From a virus, in the IMG/VR virus record IMGVR_UViG_3300045988_167582: 64,000 nucleotides of DNA; one strand, 5' to 3'. A program made the translations under genes and the position numbers. The first letter of the stretch is position 1. The number at the start of each line of letters is the position of its first letter. Under the pieces are notes generated by a model, which was given only the letters and a program-made list of their open reading frames with translations, had not been told where the DNA came from and did no database searches. Shown here one piece after another: positions 37,701 to 45,346 of this stretch.

Positions 37701-38881
37701 CTTCCAATTCTCTCGGAGAATTTTTGAGTGTTCTCTCCAGCAACACGTATGGCGGTGGATGATTGCACGGTAGTCGTTTTAATTTCGCTAAATTTTTTGT
37801 TGAATTCACGCGCTGACATCTCTCCATTTTGTAGTTCTCTCGAAAGTTTTTCAAGAGCATCAGCTTGCTGCGAGTAAATTTGATAGTCCTTGCTTGAATT
37901 ACCATGCTTAGCCGCAGTCCACTTTTCTGTGTTGCTACGGACTGCCGCAAGAAGCGTATTAACTTTGTTTAGTGCGGCATTATATTGCTCTGTCCCCTTT
38001 GATAGTTTTACTTCCTCAAAGGTTGCCCCTGCAACTTCTGCACGGAACGCAGACATGGCTGTTTTTGCCCCTTCAATAGCCGTGCTGCCATCAAGCCCGA
38101 CTTGTTTAAGGGCTTCACTTAACGAAATCGACCCAGAGGATGCTAACTGCAACGCATTCGTGAATAAGCGAACCTGTTCTTGTAAAACTGTATACGAACT
38201 AAGATTGGCGGCGTTGCCGTTGGAATTCAGCAAATTCTGCATTTGAGCAATAACAGAATACATTTGGCTCATATTGATAGTGCCGGATGAACCTGTCTGT
38301 TCCATCTCAACTCTGAATGCTGCAAGAGCTGTCTTAGCGTTTTCAATAGCCGTACTGCCATCAAGCCCGACCTGCTTAAGGGCTGCATCAATAGAAATTG
38401 CTTTATCCTCGGCAATTTCCAATGCGCTTCCGAATAAATCAGCTTGCTTAACTAACTCAGAATATGTGGAAGCAACCTGAGCATTTTGATTGGTACGCAT
38501 TGCCGCAAGTAATTCGCGATATGTATTAAGAACCTGCCTTAGAGAGGTTTCATGTTCCTTTTCTGCATTTGCAGCCTTTATGGATGCTGCAGCCTGTGTA
38601 TCCGCAGCTCTGCGTGCCTCATTTGCAATATCGGCAATTTCTGCAGTAGCCTTCCGACGCGTACTACCCGAGGAGGTATTCGTGCTGGCAGAGCCCAACT
38701 GTTTGTTGATTGCCGTGATTTGATTTCGTAAACTTTCAACCGCCTTTTGGTCAATATCAAATGCGACTTTTATTTTAGGCGGAGTTTTGTTGAGGTCAGA
38801 TACCAGATTACTGATATCTTTTTTCATCTGTTCGTAACTAAGACCAACATCAACCCCTACTGACAATAAAAAATCAGCCAT
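31763..38881 (-). CDS. Tail tape measure protein (2372 aa) with C-terminal SH3-like segment
   Basis: Long alpha-helical/coiled-coil protein with internal TM cluster (~aa 760-870), upstream of Dit. Confidence 0.9.
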   Translation of the reverse strand: MADFLLSVGVDVGLSYEQMKKDISNLVSDLNKTPPKIKVAFDIDQKAVESLRNQITAINKQLGSASTNTSSGSTRRKATAEIADIANEARRAADTQAAASIKAANAEKEHETSLRQVLNTYRELLAAMRTNQNAQVASTYSELVKQADLFGSALEIAEDKAISIDAALKQVGLDGSTAIENAKTALAAFRVEMEQTGSSGTINMSQMYSVIAQMQNLLNSNGNAANLSSYTVLQEQVRLFTNALQLASSGSISLSEALKQVGLDGSTAIEGAKTAMSAFRAEVAGATFEEVKLSKGTEQYNAALNKVNTLLAAVRSNTEKWTAAKHGNSSKDYQIYSQQADALEKLSRELQNGEMSAREFNKKFSEIKTTTVQSSTAIRVAGENTQKFSERIGSLSSKFGTWFSITRVIMAAFRSVKQMVSAVIELDTAMTELKKVTNETDATYEKFLVNAASRAKQLGAALSDTVTATADFARLGFSIEEAEKLADTAIVYKNVGDGIKDISEASESIIATMQAFDIAADDTMTIVDKFNEVGNNYAISSEGVGEALLRSAAAMHAANNSLDETIALATAANTIVQDPEKVGTTLKTVSMYLRAAKTEAEEAGEATDGMATSVSKLREDILALTNNKVDIQIDEDTFKSTYQILKELSEVWGELTDLTQANILEMVGGKRNSNVVAALLDNFSVAEEALKTSANSAGSALKENEKVLESIQGKINIMKASFETLSNNVISSDLVKVFIDAGTGILDFLNGVSKVITALGGLKTILLAVTSALLITKGGLIACKVQLLAVAAVKKIISFFGSLKSGITNVINILPTAVTAWKAYAAGTVSASAAMQASIPVIGLVLAALTALVGGLSLYNQKTDEARQAAIDTAEAYREQQSEMTSSKGTLDKISDRYAELSQGVDAFGNRISLSAEQYEEYKDIVGQIADMFPTMIKGYNEEGVAILSCKGNVEELTQAYNNLVKAQNNKVLGEALELLDDFKDKKKDFDESNFKGNEYTTKANDALKKILSATDIEAAIDEYARAGTSNAVQIVQALKDAGLEQQTDGFLGLGGETGREFIARAIRENKEVVSGIVGNFDTEMAAAAQNMQSIVSAYISNAFLESYSNISPAVQNLVSNIVSGFDADFYSQFDSLNDLYNYLNNLLGSFGKLSTADANTLTATFDLKAKYDGGDCTIEEYINGIKNAKSVIDQFDEDTQKKIYLALGFDENDIEGQYDELLKKVEDKNKDWLNSLNSDDFSLVYEISLNNDTTSWTLDDWIKKLQESREEANKSNDSLSDLSKSLTSLKDAYSILTTAEEEMASGGLSADTIKALADSTSDYLDYLYEENGVVKLNTEAWKEYANAKMEENIRAIEASITELENEKAALEEQNEALQNAKVYADDYVGAIEPGAYRQSEYTAAVEANTSAMNENAAAIEANQAKLGIYKTLYGEIATSLDAYSAALNNFSNIANAITSVSNALTTVADLQETVANGFTISLEKALEFAKVYPEILNNATVAADGQITLNEGVVNAFISGKESELKAQIDAKIAELEADKSVLTAKMEFSKAQLELAKSVGTGEGQISKEVAEYRVNAGNAVVQAMIAAGIDEATAYQLACAAMAQNSEEFNRVAAEVCTDVQGNFNQAAYDAAQSIYKNMQNSKLSIASVAKQAHQAALAIAGIGSGKVQGSSNVNGEGAGGSSGSKGNITVSSGNFKGTSYSYESKTIALEDFISDLELDISNYTQAISQIDGQIAALKALRNTSLNKFSTNNKKASSGSKSGSKSGSKSGSKSGSGSGSKSSSKKDEENWFEKQYKMHNHLLDMDAENVEDYLNWLNSAYQQAYKENIITLDDFYKYQEEVYKGLRDLFKDYLNDVEHEISMRKNYDGESKKIISMYKTLISAVEKEIKAARAQGLDDTDDYIQSLQDKWASYKDAIKDIEDDIKDNAKDALEELVDYQEDMIKQDIENQKDAIDKKLDYLKEFYDKQKEMLQDQYDEEEYLKEQSEKRKSVSDIQAQLAQLESDDSAWAQKRKAELQKDLADAQGELDDFEKQHALDLALDALEDSYNAQEEQLQKQIDALDAELNNPEMMFNKALLAIQENTGNLYQQMLEYNRKYGTGNDDDVKDTYEEAYKALLEYKELYGKDYKGVKLTNATGYKPNTGWDTSAVSGTNPSNQSQKPPSNSSSSKPSTSQSNAPSLSKGSSITVKKTATHFSSKSRGVRMASFVPGGTYTVYQTKGNEVLIGRNGVYTGWINKSDIVGYATGTKKATAGLHSIDELGTETTFESKDGVRYKLFTGGEKVLNAKASDFLYEFANGGGEILKKIIRSALGGSLLDTIQPVIRQNEINMGDIIVRGNADQQTVSAIRREQRSAVETMLKEFNKLNK
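33545..33605. repeat. 12-bp tandem repeat AGAGCCAGACTT x ~5 inside the TMP gene (encodes SGSK repeats)
   Basis: Directly visible at 33545-33605. Protein KSGSKSGSKSGSKSGSGSGSKS. Confidence 0.85.
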
Positions 38882-38909
38882 CTATTTCTCACCTTCCTTT
38901 TATAAAAGA

Positions 38910-38934
38910 AAGGATTGGCTCAATGCCAATCCTT
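38910..38934 (-). terminator. Intrinsic terminator-like hairpin immediately upstream of the TMP SD
   Basis: AGGATTGGC-loop-GCCAATCCT followed on the minus strand by TTCTTTTAT. Confidence 0.5.
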
Positions 38935-38977
38935 AATAGTTCGCTGTGTCAGTAGGGTTGCCGTTCTGACACTAAGC

Positions 38978-39571
38978 TTATTTGTAAATATCATCGACCT
39001 CGATGTCCGTCACGCCATAATCCGAAGCGTAGTTTCCCATGTAATCACGAATCGCGTTCTCGATGAAATGAGCACCAGAACGGTGCTGGAGGCTGGGAAT
39101 GTTAAACGGAGAATGATGAAGCCATATACCATAGACAACGTGACCTGCATCATATCCACTATTGAGCAACGCGGCAATATTATCAATGCCGTCGTATTCA
39201 TCAGTGCAAAGTGAATCCCGTCGTAAGTCATTCTCAAACCATACCGGGATTTGATATTTGTGTTTGCCGACCTTGTACGGGGTACCGTGGTCGAGCTGCG
39301 ACAACGCCTCAACAGCAGTTGCACCAAGTTTCCCGTCTGCAAATCCAGAAGTTGCCTCAAGACTTCTGATTTCATTTCGCAAAACTTCAATAAATTTAGC
39401 AGCAGCAAATGCGGGAGATGTCGGCATACCACCGACAGTATTGGATTTGCCACCGCCGTTGCCGGTCAATGCAAATTCGTCTGTCTTAGCTTCTATTTGC
39501 TTTTGAAACTTTGATGTATTTGTTGCTTTAACTGCTTTCTCCATGATGGATTTCATGTCGATGTTTGACAT
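38978..39571 (-). CDS. Hypothetical protein in tail-chaperone position
   Basis: Start shares 1 nt with the upstream stop (TAATG). Lies between the chaperone-like gene and TMP. Confidence 0.45.
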   Translation of the reverse strand: MSNIDMKSIMEKAVKATNTSKFQKQIEAKTDEFALTGNGGGKSNTVGGMPTSPAFAAAKFIEVLRNEIRSLEATSGFADGKLGATAVEALSQLDHGTPYKVGKHKYQIPVWFENDLRRDSLCTDEYDGIDNIAALLNSGYDAGHVVYGIWLHHSPFNIPSLQHRSGAHFIENAIRDYMGNYASDYGVTDIEVDDIYK

Positions 39572-40185
39572 TATTTATCTCCACCTTTGGGCGCTGCCTT
39601 CTTCTTTGATTTCGTCTGAGATACATAAGCCTTCACAAGCTTATCCTCGTCGAGCTTGCCACCAGTGATTGCACCGATGAGTTTAACTACATCGTCGGAA
39701 TTTACATTAGAAAATGTGGAAGACAGTTTTTCCTGAAGAGCGTTAAAGCTGGTGTAAAGCTCATTCATCTGCTTGTGAACCATCTCGATATTCGCCTGAG
39801 CAAGATTTTTGAGCTTATCGTTGATTGCCTGACACATTTCGTTAAACTGCTGTTCGTTGACATGGGGGAGAACGCTTTCGATAATATCAGAGCAATAAAT
39901 CAGGTTGTATTTATGTTCCGAATTATCGGGCAGGGAAAGATTCGTATACATATCAACAATGCAGCACTTAATAAAGAAATCCTTGACCTCGGGGATGTAC
40001 GAAGCATCATCTGTCGTAAAACAGCCTTTGACAACCGTATTTACAAAGGTCATTACCTCTTTAAGCGTAAGCGTCTTTTTGATGACAAGGTCAACGCCAT
40101 GCCACTGTAAATTTTCTGTCGGTGTATAGTTTTCTGCAACAATCTTGTCGAATGTGTTGATTGAAATCTTCTTTGTTTTTGTCAT
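39571..40185 (-). CDS. Tail assembly chaperone-like protein (204 aa)
   Basis: ATG at 40185 with SD AAAGGAG. Lys-rich C-terminus. Position upstream of TMP. Confidence 0.45.
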   Translation of the reverse strand: MTKTKKISINTFDKIVAENYTPTENLQWHGVDLVIKKTLTLKEVMTFVNTVVKGCFTTDDASYIPEVKDFFIKCCIVDMYTNLSLPDNSEHKYNLIYCSDIIESVLPHVNEQQFNEMCQAINDKLKNLAQANIEMVHKQMNELYTSFNALQEKLSSTFSNVNSDDVVKLIGAITGGKLDEDKLVKAYVSQTKSKKKAAPKGGDK

Positions 40186-40198
40186 TGTAAAACTCCTT

Positions 40199-40804
40199 TC
40201 ATCCTTTGCGAGCTTTGAATTTTGAACAAACGCAATCCTTAATCTCATCCTGAATACGACCTTCTTTTGCATGTCGTAAAATACTACAATTTCGTGAGTA
40301 CCTTGTACACCCGACGCATCTGGAGACGAAAGCCTCCATTTGAGGCGCGTCATCGAAAACGCCTATATAGTCAACTGGATGAATGATTATTTCCATTCGA
40401 GGATTTGTTTGGTCGTAATATATTGCTTGTACGCGCTCGCAGGTGACATTATCGTCCAGCCATATAAGTTGTGTGTCGGTTATTGCGTCAAGCATTACTT
40501 TGAAATAGTTGTTTCCGTCCAAATTTGTTGCTGGGAAATAAAAAATCGTATCAACATAAAAATGTTGAGTCTTGTTCGGTGTTAAAGACCACCCCTGTCT
40601 TTTTACTTCTTGCCGTACATATTCAGCAAATTCCGTTCTGTATTTAGTTGCCTCTGGCGTTTTATAGGACATTGCCATCGGTCTCCCGTTTTTCACGATT
40701 GCCCGATAAGCCAGATAATGATTTACTGATGGGGGAATAGGGGAGGTAAGCCGTAATTCTGTTATTTTTACCACCTCGTTTATGATAAAAAGGCTGCATC
40801 TCAT
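40199..40804 (-). CDS. RusA-family Holliday junction resolvase-like protein with Cys-rich C-terminal extension
   Basis: IPPSVNHYL, NLDGNNYFKVMLDAI, IWLDDNV align with RusA PPSNNRY, DLDNLQKAAFDAL, WLDDAQV. C-terminal CVGC...C...CVC. Confidence 0.6.
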   Translation of the reverse strand: MRCSLFIINEVVKITELRLTSPIPPSVNHYLAYRAIVKNGRPMAMSYKTPEATKYRTEFAEYVRQEVKRQGWSLTPNKTQHFYVDTIFYFPATNLDGNNYFKVMLDAITDTQLIWLDDNVTCERVQAIYYDQTNPRMEIIIHPVDYIGVFDDAPQMEAFVSRCVGCTRYSRNCSILRHAKEGRIQDEIKDCVCSKFKARKG

Positions 40805-40821
40805 AGATGCAGCCTTCTGTT

Positions 40822-41130
40822 CTATACCATCGCAGTTTCTTCCGCTTCGTCATCAAAATCGTCTGCGAACCAATCATCCTCGTTATCATATTCATCGAGG
40901 TCGCTAAAATCGGTCACAGTCGGTTTGGCAACAACTGCGTCTTTATCCGCAACTTCATTCTTTGCGGGGATTCCCGCACGAGACGCTTCGATTTGAGCAA
41001 GGTAGCTTGCTCCACACTCGGGGGAACAAGCTACATCTTGCCAGCGAAAGACTCCTGCGACGCGGCGCACGGTATGACAATACTCGTATTCCTTACCGCA
41101 CACTCTACATTTTTTAATCGCAGTCGCCAT
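40822..41130 (-). CDS. Small Zn-ribbon protein with strongly acidic C-terminal tail
   Basis: CRVCG...C...CSPEC, then DFSDLDEYDNEDDWFADDFDDEAEE. Confidence 0.5.
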   Translation of the reverse strand: MATAIKKCRVCGKEYEYCHTVRRVAGVFRWQDVACSPECGASYLAQIEASRAGIPAKNEVADKDAVVAKPTVTDFSDLDEYDNEDDWFADDFDDEAEETAMV

Positions 41131-41147
41131 AATAATTCTCCTAATGA

Positions 41148-41945
41148 TTAGTCAGCGTCAGCAGTGTTGGCACCAAAAATGGTATAAGTCCAAAGCTGAC
41201 CGCCAGCACCGCAAGCACCGGCGAGAGCCTCTGCCTCGAACGCATGAACTGTCTGGTTGTCGCCCATCTCGAATGAGAACTCACCAGAGAAGTCAGCCTT
41301 CGGAATGAAGAACTGAATACGGTACACATTAGCGCACTTATCCTCGCCGAGAGCGTCAATATAAAGAGCGCACTTGGCAGAATAGCTGTCGCTTTCGTTC
41401 TCGAGGACATCGGCAGTGATTTTACGCTTGTAGTAAACAACAACCTCAGAACCGTCGGCAACATCGGTATGGAAACCAAGAGCCTTGGTAGAGGGGTCAT
41501 ATGTAAACTTACCAGCAGCGGCAGCAGCAGCCTGCTCAAGTTCATCACCGAGCGTACCGTCAGCATTGCGAATATACAGTGCCTCAATTTCCGCACCGGT
41601 CGTCCCAACAGCCTTCCACTGGGTATTCGCAGCCGAAGACTTCACGGTAAGATAGTCAGTCCAAAGCACTTCCGTAGCCTTGTTCTCGAACTTACCGCCA
41701 GTCTGCATTTCGAGCAGACCACCAGACACAAGACCGTTAGTACCGCTGACGGTCACAGCCTTGTTGCGCTTTAACTTAGCAAGCTTACGACCAGCCTTAC
41801 CGGTGACTTCAGTAGATTCCTGAGACTGAGCAAGAGATGCGGTCTGGAGCTCATCAAGAGTAAACTTGTAGTTGCCAGTGACAATATCAAACGCAGTGAT
41901 GGTCTCAAGACTGGTGATAGTAATATCATTGATATTCATAGACAC
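41148..41945 (-). CDS. Major tail (tube) protein
   Basis: 265 aa, position between the head-tail joining genes and the chaperone/TMP. Confidence 0.55.
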   Translation of the reverse strand: MSMNINDITITSLETITAFDIVTGNYKFTLDELQTASLAQSQESTEVTGKAGRKLAKLKRNKAVTVSGTNGLVSGGLLEMQTGGKFENKATEVLWTDYLTVKSSAANTQWKAVGTTGAEIEALYIRNADGTLGDELEQAAAAAAGKFTYDPSTKALGFHTDVADGSEVVVYYKRKITADVLENESDSYSAKCALYIDALGEDKCANVYRIQFFIPKADFSGEFSFEMGDNQTVHAFEAEALAGACGAGGQLWTYTIFGANTADAD

Positions 41946-41960
41946 TTTCCTCCTAATTGA

Positions 41961-42677
41961 TTATTTGTGAGTGAGCCAGTTCAAATCATCTTGGCTCAAA
42001 TCTTTGGCGTTTACCGTACCGGCATATACGCCATACATTCTGTTGTCATAATCGACTTTCTTAATAACCTGTCGAACACTTTCGTTAAATTGATAAATTG
42101 AGAGTTCTCTTGTCCCCTCAAAATCGTATTTGTACTGTTCGGTATTAACCATAGCAATTATGAGAGACTCAAGCTGCGACGCTTCTTTGCGATTTCGATG
42201 ACGCTTCATTTTGTCACGTGCCCGCTTGAGCATATATTCTTTCGCCTCTATATTGGCAGGCTTTCTTCGGTTCTTTTCGAGGTGGTGTATTTTCCGAAGG
42301 ACTCCGGCGATTTGACTGTGAATTGCACGGTCAATTGTGATATCATGCTCCTCATCAAGCAAAACGATATTACCGTTCTGCTCGTTAACAGCCATCTTGA
42401 ATTTGGATAGGTCTAAATCGCCAAAAACGAGACTTGTATTTTGAGATTTCAACCCGGCAAACATTAGCAAGAATAGCTCATATTCATTTATCGATGTGAA
42501 GTCGATGCCCGCATCCTCCAATTGAACCATTAAGTCCACTGGCATTGCCGTCAGGATGGAGACAAGACCGTAATAGCCATCCTCGTCGTCAAGGATTTGC
42601 CCGACGCTCGGGATGACAATACTGATAGAGTCGTTGATTGCGTACTGCTTTTTATAGAGGAGATTTTGGGTGGGCAT
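41961..42677 (-). CDS. Hypothetical structural-module protein
   Basis: ORF in the head-tail joining region. Confidence 0.4.
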   Translation of the reverse strand: MPTQNLLYKKQYAINDSISIVIPSVGQILDDEDGYYGLVSILTAMPVDLMVQLEDAGIDFTSINEYELFLLMFAGLKSQNTSLVFGDLDLSKFKMAVNEQNGNIVLLDEEHDITIDRAIHSQIAGVLRKIHHLEKNRRKPANIEAKEYMLKRARDKMKRHRNRKEASQLESLIIAMVNTEQYKYDFEGTRELSIYQFNESVRQVIKKVDYDNRMYGVYAGTVNAKDLSQDDLNWLTHK

Positions 42678-43174
42678 TACCCATCCTTACGATTGGACGG
42701 AGTCTTTTTCTTGGGGTCGTACTGCCTATTGAAATCAACGGCATAGAATGTCATGCACTTTCCCTGATAGTCTGTCATTGGCGCGAAACGCTTTACTGAA
42801 TAAAGGTTTAACTCGCCAAGACCATATTCCCGACTTCCGTTAATCGCTTTACAGATTTCCGAGCATAGCTTGTCTGTACGAACACCACCTTCGGGCAAAC
42901 GAAGTAAGCTCCTATGTGTAAATACCCACACATACAGCGTGGGTAAAAGGTATGTTTTATTTGCGGATTTTTGGATATCTACATCGAAACAGATATATGT
43001 ATCGCCGTGCTCAACAGTTTCAGGAACATACTCGCACGGATATACGAGGTTATAAGCAAGACTCTCTGGGCTCTTGAATTTCATGTCCGGGTCGAGTAAC
43101 CGGACGATAGTATCGTTCGTCAGTAAATCTTCCATGAGTTTATTCTTGTAATCATAGAATTCATCAAGCTGCAC
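42677..43174 (-). CDS. Hypothetical head-tail joining/tail terminator-like protein
   Basis: Coupled ORF (ATGA-type overlap), position only. Confidence 0.4.
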   Translation of the reverse strand: MQLDEFYDYKNKLMEDLLTNDTIVRLLDPDMKFKSPESLAYNLVYPCEYVPETVEHGDTYICFDVDIQKSANKTYLLPTLYVWVFTHRSLLRLPEGGVRTDKLCSEICKAINGSREYGLGELNLYSVKRFAPMTDYQGKCMTFYAVDFNRQYDPKKKTPSNRKDG

Positions 43175-43945
43175 TTATAACCACACCTTCTTTCCGCTGG
43201 TATCTGTTTTTGAATCATCAGATGAACCTGTCCCGTCATTGCCGGTTGAGGAATCGTCTTTTGGGAAATGCTTGTAATAATCGGCGATTCCAAGTTCCAT
43301 ATTATCATCGTCTGTAGAGACAACTTCCTGCAAAACAAAACTGTAAATGCCGCTGCCCTGATACGACTTGCCGACCTTTAACGGCTTGGTCAAAAGGTAT
43401 GCAAGTTTATCATTTGCATCCGGGTCATCGATTAAAAAGCGATTTTCTCTACCGAATTTTACAGTATGTTCGTTCTTGGCGATTGTCATAGAAATACGAG
43501 AGTCACCGCGTGTAACAATGAAGTTTCTGTCCTCGTATTCACCTGTAAGATACTTGGTACCATCTTCAATAACACACCACTGTTCTCTGATGATATCTTT
43601 GTCATCCACCCACTTGAGTAAATGGTTACATTGAAGCAACTTGGTACGGGTATACACTTCATTATTCGCGTCCTTCTCGACAACGAGCCAATAGTTTTCT
43701 TCCCATTCAACAAGGGAACCACATCTGATGTCATCACCCGGAAATGATATCATCTTTTTCTCATTCAGATTGTCCGAATTGATAATTGCTACCTCTTGAG
43801 GCACACCATCGATATTTACCTGATGATAAGACAGACTGTCTCGAAGATTTGATTCTAAAAAATGAAGTTCTCTTCGGAAGACAGTTTTGCGCTTGGTATC
43901 TCCGCGAGCCTCAATACGGGTTTTATATGTATCCCAAACACTCAC
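43175..43945 (-). CDS. Hypothetical structural-module protein
   Basis: Position only. Confidence 0.4.
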   Translation of the reverse strand: MSVWDTYKTRIEARGDTKRKTVFRRELHFLESNLRDSLSYHQVNIDGVPQEVAIINSDNLNEKKMISFPGDDIRCGSLVEWEENYWLVVEKDANNEVYTRTKLLQCNHLLKWVDDKDIIREQWCVIEDGTKYLTGEYEDRNFIVTRGDSRISMTIAKNEHTVKFGRENRFLIDDPDANDKLAYLLTKPLKVGKSYQGSGIYSFVLQEVVSTDDDNMELGIADYYKHFPKDDSSTGNDGTGSSDDSKTDTSGKKVWL

Positions 43946-44283
43946 ATAGACACCTCCTCGATATACCGGGACTTCAATTTGTTGCAGATAGAAATTGCCC
44001 GAAATACTTCGCGTTTCACTTCATAAACTGAGCAATCGGGAGTATCAATTAAATACTGCAAAATAGAAAGAAGCGTTAAATACAATGAATCGTCCTTAAT
44101 CGCTTCAATGAACTCTTTGCATCCAAGAAGTTCAATCTGAAGGCTGCGCATATATATTGAGAGAGACTCTTCTCCATTTTCTTTCATAGGGAGAACCTTA
44201 AAAAAGCAGTTTACAAGGTTCTTGAAATAGCTGTGGAGAAATCTCGCATCAATTTTGCAACCGGCTGCTGTTTCCATCATCAT
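43942..44283 (-). CDS. Hypothetical head-tail joining protein
   Basis: Overlapping coupled ORF. Confidence 0.4.
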   Translation of the reverse strand: MMMETAAGCKIDARFLHSYFKNLVNCFFKVLPMKENGEESLSIYMRSLQIELLGCKEFIEAIKDDSLYLTLLSILQYLIDTPDCSVYEVKREVFRAISICNKLKSRYIEEVSM

Positions 44284-44729
44284 AAATGAAGGTCACTCAG
44301 CTTTCCGTTATTGTAAGAGTACTCTCTAATAGCCTGCGTATAATCTCTCTGAGCTTTTTCATAAGCCTCACCGACTCGATGCAAAAGTTCGGCGGGAGAA
44401 TAAGTGGTAAAGTCTCTTGTGTTTAATGTATTCTCGAGCAGTTCCTGCTTGTAGACATATGGTTTTAGCCACTGAACCACCATTCCTTCAGATATAATGT
44501 CAATAAGCTCATCCGCATCTGTTTCGGGGATATCAACAGCGAATTCTCTTGATTCATCATCTGCATTTGAACTTAAGTCATATTTACAATTCTTTTTGAA
44601 GGCAGCTACAGCTCGCTTCATATATCCGTCAACAATTGCATTTCTGTCTTCATCCGGCAGTGAAATGAAATCGTATTCTGAAATTTTAGACAGGAACGCA
44701 CCCAAGAATGAGTCGTAGGGGATGCTCAT
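44280..44729 (-). CDS. Head-tail connector/adaptor-like protein
   Basis: Position after the capsid gene, ~150 aa acidic helical protein. Confidence 0.45.
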   Translation of the reverse strand: MSIPYDSFLGAFLSKISEYDFISLPDEDRNAIVDGYMKRAVAAFKKNCKYDLSSNADDESREFAVDIPETDADELIDIISEGMVVQWLKPYVYKQELLENTLNTRDFTTYSPAELLHRVGEAYEKAQRDYTQAIREYSYNNGKLSDLHL

Positions 44730-44740
44730 ATAGCGCCTCC

Positions 44741-45283
44741 TTACTTCTCAATCAACTCAGTATCAAGCGCTTCTTCAAGAGCCATGATAGACTTGCGAGA
44801 ATCGATTTCTCCATCAGCAATTAACTTACGGGCGCGATAAGCGACAGATTTCTTTAACCCATCCGACATAGTCGCAGCCAGCTTCTTGATTTCCGCAGGT
44901 GTCATGCTAAAGATGGAATCAAAATCATCGATATGTAAAGAGTTCTTATAGAACTGACGAACGCCGAGGTAATCAATAACCCATTCCTCATCTTCGTCGA
45001 ACATAAACCAGTTGTTTTCAAACATCTTTTTGCATGAACTTTTTGCGTTGCGAAGTTCTCGAAGCTCCATTTCCTGCTCATCACCGAACGCTCCCCAAGA
45101 GAACTTTTCGCCTGTACGGGGACTTTTATAGATTAACCTTCCCTGAAATCCATTACGAACTGTGACGTACTGAGTGGGGTCAACCTCCTTGGGGACGATA
45201 GGCATTTCCTTTTCCTGCACAACGGCGGGAGCAGTCTTGTTTTTATTAGTTGCCGAGGTTGTTTTTGTTTTTGTATTTGCCAT
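44741..45283 (-). CDS. Hypothetical protein (basic N-terminus)
   Basis: ORF after the capsid terminator. Confidence 0.45.
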   Translation of the reverse strand: MANTKTKTTSATNKNKTAPAVVQEKEMPIVPKEVDPTQYVTVRNGFQGRLIYKSPRTGEKFSWGAFGDEQEMELRELRNAKSSCKKMFENNWFMFDEDEEWVIDYLGVRQFYKNSLHIDDFDSIFSMTPAEIKKLAATMSDGLKKSVAYRARKLIADGEIDSRKSIMALEEALDTELIEK

Positions 45284-45300
45284 AACTCATATCCTTTCAT

Positions 45301-45330
45301 TCAAAATGCGAGGGCTCTATGAGCCCTCGC
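45301..45330 (-). terminator. Hairpin terminator after the major capsid gene
   Basis: Perfect 10-bp stem GCGAGGGCTC-3-GAGCCCTCGC followed by ATTTTG on the minus strand. Confidence 0.55.
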
Positions 45331-45346
45331 GAGAGTGGTTTACAGA

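Noticed and set aside
39560-39600. Programmed -1 frameshift (G/GT-type) between the two chaperone-position genes; CCCAAAG looked slippery
   Set aside because: In the zero frame the codons are GCG CCC AAA GGT, so the heptamer is out of register. The -1 frame also has a TAA two codons before the downstream ATG. The TAATG overlap indicates termination-reinitiation instead.
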